The translations under genes were made by a program, and so were the position numbers. From a virus (lineage: Duplodnaviria > Caudoviricetes): a stretch of 61,567 nucleotides of DNA. The notes below the pieces were generated by a model. It was not told where the DNA came from. It searched no databases and saw nothing but the letters and a program-made list of their open reading frames with translations. The stretch is taken from the IMG/VR virus record IMGVR_UViG_3300030108_005279, positions 1 through 61,567 of that record. The stretch is one strand, 5' to 3'. This document shows, piece after piece, positions 1-9,300 of this stretch. Numbering within the stretch: the first letter of the stretch is position 1; each line of letters opens with the position of its first letter.

Positions 1-469
1 TAAAGATACTGGTTGATATATGCTCAACAGCAGGGAAAAAGTTTTTCTGAACTGAGTTGTGTGCTTCATCAAAGTAGATAGTATCAACAACAATATTACT
101 CTCAGCAATTCTGTGTAGTGAATGATATGTTGTGAAAATCAACTGGTTGTGACCATCATTGGCATTGTGAAAGTTGAACTCTCTGATCGCATCAACCTTA
201 GTTGTACTAAAGTGATGAGTCTCTCCACTGTGAACGTGCATCACTTTAACATTAGTGATGAACTCTAAGAACTCTGCTGACAACTGGTTTGCCAATAGAA
301 TACGAGGAGCAACAACCACAATAGTGCTACATGCTTCACTCTCAAACTCTCTCTTGGCATCCTGTATCATACAGATAGTCTTACCACCACCTGTAGGTAC
401 AATGACTTGACCTTTATCATTGTCAATCATTGCCTGTATTGCTTGCTCTTGGTGGGGTCTTAGTTGCAT
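1..469 (-). CDS. SF2 DEAH-box helicase (type III restriction ResIII-like), 3'-truncated by window edge
   Basis: Not in the ORF track; manual translation from ATG at 469 gives MQLRPHQEQAIQAM...IVPTGGGKT (motif I)...VVVAPRILLANQL (Ia)...TIYFDEAHN (motif II); frame open to position 1. Confidence 0.85.
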   Translation of the reverse strand, partial: MQLRPHQEQAIQAMIDNDKGQVIVPTGGGKTICMIQDAKREFESEACSTIVVVAPRILLANQLSAEFLEFITNVKVMHVHSGETHHFSTTKVDAIREFNFHNANDGHNQLIFTTYHSLHRIAESNIVVDTIYFDEAHNSVQKNFFPAVEHISTSIF

Positions 470-490
470 AGATTTCCTGTTAATATACTC

Positions 491-545
491 ATTATAGCAG
501 TTGGGTCAAGTTTGTCTTGATTGATTGTGACACTTTTCAAACTGG
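491..545 (-). promoter_or_regulatory. Early-type promoter: TATAAT -10 plus upstream CCAGTT-N4-AAGTGTCAC motif
   Basis: Minus strand CCAGTTtgaaAAGTGTCAC (545-527), weak -35, TATAAT (496-491); same layout as the element at 1842-1896. Confidence 0.6.
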
Positions 546-1295
546 TGTGATAAATTTTTCCAATGGATTATAACTTAGTATTCGATCTCTTGCTGTCTGA
601 CAATAACTTTCGCTAATATCAATTCCAATATATTTTCTACCTAATTGATGTGCAACCAATGTAGTTGTACCGACTCCGTTAAATGGGTCAAGGACTACAT
701 CATTCTGATATGAAAATAACTTAAGACACCTTTTGACTAACTCTTCTGGAAACATAGCGGGATGATTAAATTCTTTCATTCTTATCTCAGGTGCGATTGT
801 CCAATGTCCATTGACATACTTGATGAACTCATCCTTTGTAATATCAATATTCTCTCTATCCCCCTGATGTTTGATAGATGTCTTACTAAACACTTCGATA
901 AATTCAAATGGATAATTCAGATATGGGCAAGATGGAGATTTAAAACTACCCCATGCTGTCAGTTTTTTGAGATTATTCTTCAACCATAGAATCTCTCCTC
1001 TCCATATCAATCCACTCTTAACTAATTCTGTAGTCAAATAATGATGTGACGGAAAGTAATCTTTATAGTTTGGTTGGATATTAATTATTAAACGACCACC
1101 ATCTTTGAGAGTGCGTTTACATTCGCTGAATATATTTACAAGTGTATCAATATACTTAAGAGCATCACTTTTATCATCATGCTCATCATATTGCATATCA
1201 AAGTTATAAGGTGGGGATGTTAATACAATATCAACACTCTTGTCATCAATGTCTTTTAATGCTGTAAGTGCATCACTACAAATTATTTGATTCAT
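537..1295 (-). CDS. Beta-class N4-cytosine/N6-adenine DNA methyltransferase, cognate of the adjacent endonuclease
   Basis: Catalytic TSPPY near the N-terminus, HPAMFPEELV, and SAM-binding VLDPFNGVGTT / YIGIDIS at the C-terminus. Confidence 0.92.
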   Translation of the reverse strand: MNQIICSDALTALKDIDDKSVDIVLTSPPYNFDMQYDEHDDKSDALKYIDTLVNIFSECKRTLKDGGRLIINIQPNYKDYFPSHHYLTTELVKSGLIWRGEILWLKNNLKKLTAWGSFKSPSCPYLNYPFEFIEVFSKTSIKHQGDRENIDITKDEFIKYVNGHWTIAPEIRMKEFNHPAMFPEELVKRCLKLFSYQNDVVLDPFNGVGTTTLVAHQLGRKYIGIDISESYCQTARDRILSYNPLEKFITPV

Positions 1296-1822
1296 TGAGT
1301 AACAACTAATCCCTTCTTTGTATTCTTATAGTATATTATATCATACTCTATACTTTCTTGCCCTGCTTCCCTTTTACTTTTGTAACTATTTGGTTTGATT
1401 GAAACAAATCTTCCATCAACAACTCCATCGATTCCTTTTGATTCTTCTTCTGGTGTTGATAATCTATATTCTCCTGTCTCTGACACCATTTCCAGTATGT
1501 CCAACTGCACCTGTAAACCTGAGAATGTCTTGTCAATAATCAAATCTTTCTCCCACTCATAAACATCGTCACGAGTCAATGAATTAAGATTCTCTTTGAT
1601 TCTTTGCACATAATCCCAAGTCTTGTCAGTTGCAATATCAATCTTATCAAGTCCGATTCTGTCATTGTAGAAAGATTCCCATCCGTCTCTTGTTGGTTTA
1701 TCTGTTGACTCTCGATACTCTTGAATTAAATCACTCATCTGACCCACGTTCTTCGGTCTGGTTGCTTGTGAGAATGAGTTACCAAGATTGATAACTGAAC
1801 CAACATAGGGAAGTAATGTCAT
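1292..1822 (-). CDS. MjaI-family Type II restriction endonuclease
   Basis: YVGSVINLGNSFSQATRPKNVGQMSDLIQE and KTFSGLQVQ...PEEESKGIDG...VSIKP (PD-(D/E)xK-like) match my recollection of the RE_MjaI family; start moved from 1909 to ATG 1822 because the longer ORF runs across its own promoter; 4-nt ATGA overlap with the MTase. Confidence 0.78.
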   Translation of the reverse strand: MTLLPYVGSVINLGNSFSQATRPKNVGQMSDLIQEYRESTDKPTRDGWESFYNDRIGLDKIDIATDKTWDYVQRIKENLNSLTRDDVYEWEKDLIIDKTFSGLQVQLDILEMVSETGEYRLSTPEEESKGIDGVVDGRFVSIKPNSYKSKREAGQESIEYDIIYYKNTKKGLVVTQ

Positions 1823-1841
1823 AATATAATTAATTTCTTTC

Positions 1842-1896
1842 ATTATAGCAAAGAAATCCTCTATGGTAAAGAGTGTGTGACACCTTGTGATCTGAC
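1842..1896 (-). promoter_or_regulatory. Early-type sigma70 promoter with upstream GTCAGAT-N4-AGGTGTCAC motif
   Basis: TTTACC (1870-1865)-N17-TATAAT (1847-1842); GTGTCAC motif at nearly the same distance from the -10 as in 491-545. Confidence 0.65.
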
Positions 1897-2083
1897 CACA
1901 TGTGAACACGAGTCAAATTGTCTCATTGTGAGAGAAGTAAGAATCGAACAATTCTACACCAGTTTATGACCTCTGCACCATCCCTTCAAAAAATTTATAG
2001 TATCTCCCGAACAACCCATACAAAGGTATGTAGCGTTTTTGATATTTTGACTATATAATATAAATGAAGTCACTTTGAATTAA

Positions 2084-2269
2084 ATGCGTGAACTGAGTCG
2101 TAATGAGTTAATTTTACTTAGAGGAATATTATATACAAAAAGAATGTATCGTGGAATGAAACATATTCCAAACGATATTGTAATTTGGGAAGATTGGATG
2201 GAAGATTCCTTAACTTGGGTTAATCAAGAGATCGAGAAAAAATATCCTGACACACCAAAGTGGAAATAA
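2084..2269 (+). CDS. Hypothetical protein, 61 aa
   Basis: ATG ORF in otherwise non-coding space, preceded by an AT-rich TATAAAT-like element, abutting the convergent gene. Confidence 0.6.
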   Translation: MRELSRNELILLRGILYTKRMYRGMKHIPNDIVIWEDWMEDSLTWVNQEIEKKYPDTPKWK

Positions 2270-2770
2270 TTAGTAGGGTAACTCTTCGAAAAATCCTACG
2301 AAACTATCTCCGATTTCTATCTCGTACTCTCGATCAGTATCTAAATCAACACAAGACATTTCTGGTATTTCAATACCATTAATTTTAAAAGAATTTTTAA
2401 ACGCAATCAAACAGGAATAAGATCTCGTACTCTTAATTTGAGTTTCACTTTTATCAATCAATCGACCACTCCAATCAATTTCTTTTCGCCACGGATTAAA
2501 AGATATAAACTTATAATCTGATGTTGATCGAATCACAACACTTGAGTTTTTATGTTCACGCAAGTCTAATAATTCCTCCTTACCACTCCCCTTGACTACT
2601 GATATATTATCATTATCATCAAAGGCATAATAAGTTCCACTGCCATGATGCACAAAACTAAACTGTGTGTGTCGATTACTTTCATGCTCAAATCCGATTG
2701 TATTTTTTTCGCCAGAATGAACACAAAGAAAAAATTTCTTTGATCTATAATGTCGATTATAAGTTGTCAT
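2270..2770 (-). CDS. Hypothetical protein, possibly cupin-like beta fold
   Basis: 166 aa ORF coupled to the upstream gene; HTQFSFVHHGSG segment. Confidence 0.6.
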   Translation of the reverse strand: MTTYNRHYRSKKFFLCVHSGEKNTIGFEHESNRHTQFSFVHHGSGTYYAFDDNDNISVVKGSGKEELLDLREHKNSSVVIRSTSDYKFISFNPWRKEIDWSGRLIDKSETQIKSTRSYSCLIAFKNSFKINGIEIPEMSCVDLDTDREYEIEIGDSFVGFFEELPY

Positions 2771-3120
2771 ACTTTAATTTTATTCAGTCTAACTGATTTA
2801 ACATGAGTTAAATCTCTCTCTGGTGTTCCATAGACTTGTCCAATCATTTTAGTAATATTGATTTCATCTTCTTCACTTATATCATTTATGATGTTTGATG
2901 TCAATATATCATCGTTCTTATCTTGTGATCTTATTTCTGGTAATCCCATCTCGCAAATCGAATCAACTAAAGAAACATTATCAGTCAAATCTAAAGAATC
3001 AAGACTCATTGCAATCTCGTACCGTTTATCAATCGATTTAGCAGAGTTTTGCCTTGAAAATTTGACTATGATTTGATTTGTCTCTGGTAAATATTCAATT
3101 ATTTTAAAAATAATATTCAT
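2767..3120 (-). CDS. Hypothetical protein
   Basis: 117 aa ORF overlapping both neighbours. Confidence 0.65.
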   Translation of the reverse strand: MNIIFKIIEYLPETNQIIVKFSRQNSAKSIDKRYEIAMSLDSLDLTDNVSLVDSICEMGLPEIRSQDKNDDILTSNIINDISEEDEINITKMIGQVYGTPERDLTHVKSVRLNKIKV

Positions 3121-4244
3121 TAATTATTTGTATAATTTACCGCACTCGTGGAACCTATGATTGTGCCTATGTTAACTAATGTAAAAGATGCACCACTTTT
3201 TTTTCTAATTGCTGCACCAACAACACCTGCTGAACCTCCGACTCCAGAACTTAATACTCCTTGCAAACTTGAGGGATTATCGCCATTCTCAGGAGAAATA
3301 CCATTTTGTCCACCGTTTCCTCCATCACCTGATCTGGAAGTACCTTCAACTCCAGTTCTACCAGTTCCACCAAGTCCTCTGGTTTGATTTGCACTATTAC
3401 TTCCAGCAGCACCATTTGCAGCATGAACTGATCCAGTACCAGGACCACCACCTAATCCATTTGGAAATCCAGCTCCTCCACCGCCGCCACCACCAGAAAT
3501 GACTGGATCTCGATTATTTTTGTTGGGATCGGAGTAAACACCACCACCACCTCCACCACCACCAAAACCACATTGTATGAGACCTTCATTTATAATTGTG
3601 ACACTGCCATTACCGGCTCTGACACCAATCGCAGTTGTTCCATTTGTCCCAGTTCCACCATTACCACTGCCAGAGGAACCTCTACCTCCTCGACCACCTG
3701 CACCAAATATCTTTCCTGATGATGAAACTTCAACTCGAATCGAAGTTCCGATTCCAAAGGCACCCGTGTCTAATGCGACAAATTGTTCAGATGGATTGTT
3801 ATAGGTAGTTCTTTTTGACCCCAATGTACCTTCAATTTGTGCTATAACAATTAATGGTTTGGATGCATCGTTAAAATCAGATGGAAGAGATTCAAATTCT
3901 CCAACTTGTAATGGTTGTGAAATAGACAATCCTTGATATGCATTTTGAGCAGCATTGTAAACACTTCTTAAATTCAAAGCTGATGCGTCATTCCCAAGGT
4001 CTTGTCTACTTATTGTGCCTGTATACTTAAATACAACTGTTCTTGTTTTACCTCTTAAATCAGAAAATGAAATCTGACCTGATTGTGGAACACCAACATC
4101 TAAAGGTTTGTTTAGTGTTGAAGAATCATTTACACGATACTTACCTAAACTAAATGCAGTTCCAGTGGTGTCTCCATCTGGAGCCGCTCTACCAAACTCT
4201 GAAATAATATCAGAAACTGAAATTTGTCCTGTTGGTGTTGTCAT
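3120..4244 (-). CDS. Glycine-rich tail adhesin-like protein (gp38-like polyglycine motifs)
   Basis: N-terminal GQISVSDIISEFG...SGQISFSDLRGK; GAGGRGGRG, GFGGGGGGGG and SGGGGGGGAG motifs; located in the fibre cluster. Confidence 0.6.
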   Translation of the reverse strand: MTTPTGQISVSDIISEFGRAAPDGDTTGTAFSLGKYRVNDSSTLNKPLDVGVPQSGQISFSDLRGKTRTVVFKYTGTISRQDLGNDASALNLRSVYNAAQNAYQGLSISQPLQVGEFESLPSDFNDASKPLIVIAQIEGTLGSKRTTYNNPSEQFVALDTGAFGIGTSIRVEVSSSGKIFGAGGRGGRGSSGSGNGGTGTNGTTAIGVRAGNGSVTIINEGLIQCGFGGGGGGGGVYSDPNKNNRDPVISGGGGGGGAGFPNGLGGGPGTGSVHAANGAAGSNSANQTRGLGGTGRTGVEGTSRSGDGGNGGQNGISPENGDNPSSLQGVLSSGVGGSAGVVGAAIRKKSGASFTLVNIGTIIGSTSAVNYTNN

Positions 4245-4245
4245 G

Positions 4246-6372
4246 TTATGAATCTACTTTTGTGGTTGTTCCAATGCCTACCCACCCATCAATATAAATT
4301 TGTAATTGATCTCCACTTGTGTTATATACCATCGCACCATTTGTCACTCCGACTAAATTATTCCTCTCAGTCGTAGTAATCTTTGGTGGATACATGTACT
4401 GACGATTATTAAATGGTGCTGGTGCATCACGACCTGCATCATGAAAGTCCACAGCTGCGGTCAAAGCAGTTGTTCCGATTCCGATTCCACCAATCGTTGC
4501 TTCGCCATCAACATTCAAATCAACAAAGTCATGAATCACATCAGTTCTAATTCCAACTCTTCCTGAGTTGTCTACAAAAAATCTCGCAGAGACAGCAGAG
4601 TTCACAGCAAATCCAGTGTTTGTCTGAACACCGACACCGACACCAGATGCAAGAATACTCGTGCTTGATGTTGATACAGTTCTAAATGTTGATACACCTG
4701 TTGCTGTGCTTACATTACCAATTAAGAATCCGATTGTATTTCCCGTTAGGTTTCCTGTAACATTTCCTGCTAATCCAGAGGATGCAGTAATTTGACTACT
4801 AAATGTTGTAATACCACTTACTTGTAACGATCCTTGTATTTCTAAGGTTGTGGTGGGTATAGTTAATCCGACACCTAAGTTACCAGTATTGGTTAAGGTC
4901 ATTATTGGAGTTCCACCAGTTCCTTTATGCCAATGAAAATGTCCTGTTGGTCCACCACCAGAAGCACCAGCATCAAGATAATAATTAAAGTTACCATTAT
5001 GCTCGTTGATTAAATCAAATGAATTACCAAATTTAGCATAAGGGAAAGCACCATCTGTGCTTCCAAATCTTACAATTCCAACATATGTTCCGATTCCTGT
5101 TTTTGCAATGTTCAATTCATCAAAGACACTTACTCCAGTTCCAACAGTTTCTAATTTCTTGACACCACTTGAATATAATGAAACATTAGATGTAGTAAAA
5201 CCTGCGTAAGTTCCAGTGATTGTTAATCCTGTTCCAATATTCCCAATGTTTATCTGTCCACCTTGAATTTCAATGTCACCTTTTGGATTTTGTAATGAGG
5301 TATCAACTTCGTCACCATCAGTTCTACTAAAGATACGAAGACTATCGCCAAAATATAATTGATTTGTATTTGAGAAAAATGCAGAGGATCCAAAACTCAC
5401 ATTTCCTGTGAGAGTTGAAACACCAGAAACATTTGCCTGATCAATATTTGCTCCACCTACAACATCAAGACGATTATTAACATCAACAAGTGAACTAAAT
5501 GTAGATACGCCAGCAACTACAACTTCATCTAAGTCTGATTGACCATCAACATCTAATCCAGCATTAATATCTACAGTATTATTAAATGTCGATACACCAG
5601 CAACAACAACTTCATCCAAGTCTGATTGACCATCAACATCTAATCCAGCGTTTGCGTCAATTGCTCCTGTAAATGTCGATACTCCAGTCACACTAAATGA
5701 TGTAACGGGATTTAGATTATTAATTGTAGCACTTGATATCGTAGCAATACCACTCACATTTAATTGAACTGTATCAAGTAACTCACCATTTACATCTACA
5801 TTACCAGAAAATGTAGATACGCCTAATACGTCTAAATTTTTTGATACAACAGTTCCACCCAATATCGTGGTGATTCCAGTAGAACTACGATATGAAGATA
5901 TACCCTCAATATCAAGTGTTTTTGCAAATAATTTACTACCTACAGTTGTGATACCTGTAAATGTTGATGGACCAACAACTCGGAAGTCACCTAAAACATC
6001 CAACGTAAAATCTGGTTGTGTGCTACCAATACCAACAGATGATGTTGTTGATAGTGTTCCAGATAATTCAGTGAATCCAGCAGTAGATATCGCAACAATA
6101 TTTGTTAGTCCTGATGCATCACCTACAAACTTTGTTGCAGTGATAATACCCGTTGGTGCATCAATACTTATCACTCCAGCAGTAATCGCTGCCGAAACAT
6201 TTACTGAAGTTAAACTTGATACGCCACTTATCTTAGCACTTCCTAATACATCAAGAATCTCTGTCGGTACAGTCGTACCGATACCAACCAAACCTGATGG
6301 ATTAACTATAAAATTATCATTGTCAACTTGAACACCATTTCTGAAATTGAATGACTTGGAAAAATTTGCCAT
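4246..6372 (-). CDS. Virion structural/fibre protein
   Basis: MANFSKSFNFRNGVQVD start typical of cyanomyophage virion proteins; VGIGT and GVSTF beta repeats; GATAAATA late-promoter-like element at 6387-6394. Confidence 0.75.
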   Translation of the reverse strand: MANFSKSFNFRNGVQVDNDNFIVNPSGLVGIGTTVPTEILDVLGSAKISGVSSLTSVNVSAAITAGVISIDAPTGIITATKFVGDASGLTNIVAISTAGFTELSGTLSTTSSVGIGSTQPDFTLDVLGDFRVVGPSTFTGITTVGSKLFAKTLDIEGISSYRSSTGITTILGGTVVSKNLDVLGVSTFSGNVDVNGELLDTVQLNVSGIATISSATINNLNPVTSFSVTGVSTFTGAIDANAGLDVDGQSDLDEVVVAGVSTFNNTVDINAGLDVDGQSDLDEVVVAGVSTFSSLVDVNNRLDVVGGANIDQANVSGVSTLTGNVSFGSSAFFSNTNQLYFGDSLRIFSRTDGDEVDTSLQNPKGDIEIQGGQINIGNIGTGLTITGTYAGFTTSNVSLYSSGVKKLETVGTGVSVFDELNIAKTGIGTYVGIVRFGSTDGAFPYAKFGNSFDLINEHNGNFNYYLDAGASGGGPTGHFHWHKGTGGTPIMTLTNTGNLGVGLTIPTTTLEIQGSLQVSGITTFSSQITASSGLAGNVTGNLTGNTIGFLIGNVSTATGVSTFRTVSTSSTSILASGVGVGVQTNTGFAVNSAVSARFFVDNSGRVGIRTDVIHDFVDLNVDGEATIGGIGIGTTALTAAVDFHDAGRDAPAPFNNRQYMYPPKITTTERNNLVGVTNGAMVYNTSGDQLQIYIDGWVGIGTTTKVDS
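5495..5675 (-). repeat. Coding tandem duplication of an 87-bp/29-aa unit (NAGLDVDGQSDLDEVVVAGVSTF)
   Basis: Two near-identical copies of aagtctgattgaccatcaacatctaatccagc at about 5531 and 5618. Confidence 0.85.
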
Positions 6373-6385
6373 TATCTTTTATTAG

Positions 6386-9300
6386 TTATTTATCTGATAG
6401 TTTTTGTTCTAATTTTTCGACCTTTTCGTTAAGTTCCTTGATCGCTTCAATTAGAAGTGGAACTAACTTTTCATACTTAACAGTTAAGTAATCTTCATCA
6501 TTAACTAAATTGATCGGAGCTGGTACAACTGCTTCAGGAAGAACTTTTTGAATTTGTTGAGCAGATACACCTACATGTCTGACTGATGTGTCATAAACCT
6601 CAGAACCAATTTCATTAAAATTAAAAGTAAATCCTTCTATCTTCATTACCTTATCTAATGGATTATCGATAGGTAATTTATTTGTCTTTAATCGATCATC
6701 AGATGCAAATGCAACCACATCACCAACAACACTCAAATTATTATTTGATGCATTAAATGCTATGCCAGCATCTTCTTTGCACTCAAAATATTCTTCACCT
6801 GCAAAACCTTGCTTCATGAGAATCGGGAATGTTTCATCAAGGTCACCAGCACCACTTATCTTTAACTTATCTGCTTGTGTTGCAGTTCCTGATGTGTCCT
6901 GATTACCACTGACATTAACACCTGGTAGATTAATGTTTGCACTACCATCAAATGATACACCACCAATTGTTCTTGATGTTGTCAATCCATCTGCCTTACC
7001 AGCAGTGTCAGCGTTACCAGTTACATTACCTACAATGTTACCAACGATGTTACCTAATACGTTTCCACTGAATGATGTTGCTGTGACAACGCCAGTTACA
7101 TTTGCTCCACTTGTGATGTCTAACTGTCCGTAAACTGTTGCTCCAATTCCAGATGTAGCAAATCTTCTTATATTATCATCATATAATTCAACACCATTTG
7201 TTGATCCTGCTCCTGATAGTTGACCAAATCTAGCTATATTTATTGTATTGTTGGGATTATTAATAGTTAATAATGAACTCATCAATATTAAATTTCCAGT
7301 TCCACGATCTTTAATAATACTATGATCTCCGTCATGAGAAATTTCAAGATCTCCATCATTACCAAATTTTAATTTAGCATCATCAGCAAACTGTGAATTG
7401 GCATTTATACCAACACCACCACTGAATATGACTGCAGCATCGGTAGAACTTGTTGCTTCGGATGTGTTACTGAATTTAGTTTTACCTGATACATCAAGTG
7501 TATTCTTTATTCTAACTTCATTATTAAGTGTGACAGGACCATCAAATTGTGATAACACCTGACTATTATCTCCACCCTCTACAATGAGTCTTTCTTTGAC
7601 TGTAACTTCATCAAATACAACACTTAATCTTCCAGCATCTTCACCTGTGACTGTAGGAACTGGTGTATCAAATGTTGTTTCTTCACCAGTAAGTGATGAT
7701 TTCTTTTGGTTTCCAATATAGAAGTCACCTTTATCATTCATACCTGTGTATACAACAGCACCCGCTGATTTTTCTTGTGCTTGTGACAAGAACTCTTCCT
7801 TTTCTGTGAGAGATACAGTTTGTAATTGAGGTAATGCAGTTGAATAGTTACCGGGACCGTAACCAAGATATTCAAATGTATGTCCAGATGCCCTTAGAAC
7901 AGAAGGTCTACGGAACTCAATAGGTATTGGTTTGATTTTTCTTGCCAGTGATCCATTGTCATGAGATTCAACTCTTGTACCAAGAGCTCCACGTATCACA
8001 GTAATCTCATTATCAGCAGTGACAGTTGCCTTGCTGATTCTCATGATTTCATCATCAACCTGAATGTAAGATCCATAAGGGAATCTTGTAGGTATTGATG
8101 CTAAAGATCCTGGTAGACTTACTTTTAACAGACTTTGAGATGTGAATGAGTCAATATATAATACTTCATCACCGAAAATATGTGCACCACGAACACTTAA
8201 ATTTTCATCTGAAGCGTCTGATGATGCATCGTTTGCTGACAGATTATGCTTCAGAACTCTCGCATTTGGTGTTCCAGCACTAATTAAAGTTCCTGTAATT
8301 GGATCTTTAACCTGACCTGTAACTGAGAATGTTCCAACTCCTGATACAGATTTTACAATATAATCACCATAATTTAAATATGGAGTTGCACCTGAGGAAC
8401 TAACTATCTGTACTCGGTTACCAGCAACTAAACCATGAGCTCGTGATGAAGTTAAAGTTGTAACACCAGTCGCCGATCCAAGTATCGCAGTACCGATTGC
8501 AACACTATGTCCTGCAGGGAAGGCATATTGGAATGGAACTATCTCTGGATCAGTGCTTGTTTGAGCGATTGCGATTGAAGTTTTAGATGGAACTGAAGTG
8601 ATTGGGAAGTAACCACCAGCAGTTGTTCCAATACCTGCAACCTGAACATAGTTCTCTGTTGCTGCTGTAAGATTATTTGCGGATACAGTGAGTTTTGCAT
8701 CTGATGATCCAGATAACACGGAAGCATCAAAGAATAACTCGGTACCAGCAGAATATCCAGATCCTTGTGACACAACATCTGCGTGAGTGACAGCATTAGA
8801 TGCGACAATTACGTTTACAGTTGCTCCTTGCCAAGTTCCTGTGTTGCTTGTATTGAGTAATTTAACGTTATTATAAGTCCCGTTTGTATATCCTCCGCCA
8901 CCTGTGAGTGTTCCTGTCGTAATACCAGCGATTCCATGTTCTCTACTAAATGTGATAGTTGAGATACCTGCCGATAAAGGTGTCACACTTGATATACTGA
9001 CACCGATACCAACATCTGTAAAGAGTTTATCAATTGTTTCTTTTGTAATACTCTTCTTCAAATCGTTAGTGGTTACTTTACCAAGAGGAGTTCGATTAGC
9101 AAATGTTTTTGTTGAATTTGGAGAATCATTTACATTGTCACGATCTAACTGAGGATATAGGTCCGTCACATTTTGACTGTAATTTGATGTTGTAAACTGC
9201 TCAGTGATATGATTACCTGCGTTTAATGGATAGATGTGGAATATACCATCTTGTACAGATTCTTTATAATCAGATATTCTCTCTCCACGATATGCATAAA

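Noticed and set aside
1823-1909. N-terminal extension of the endonuclease ORF
   Set aside because: Overlaps its own -35/-10 and upstream motif
1910-2083. Non-coding strand-switch region with short palindromes (TCTCA-TTG-TGAGA) as an origin or ncRNA
   Set aside because: No iterons or extended structure that I can support
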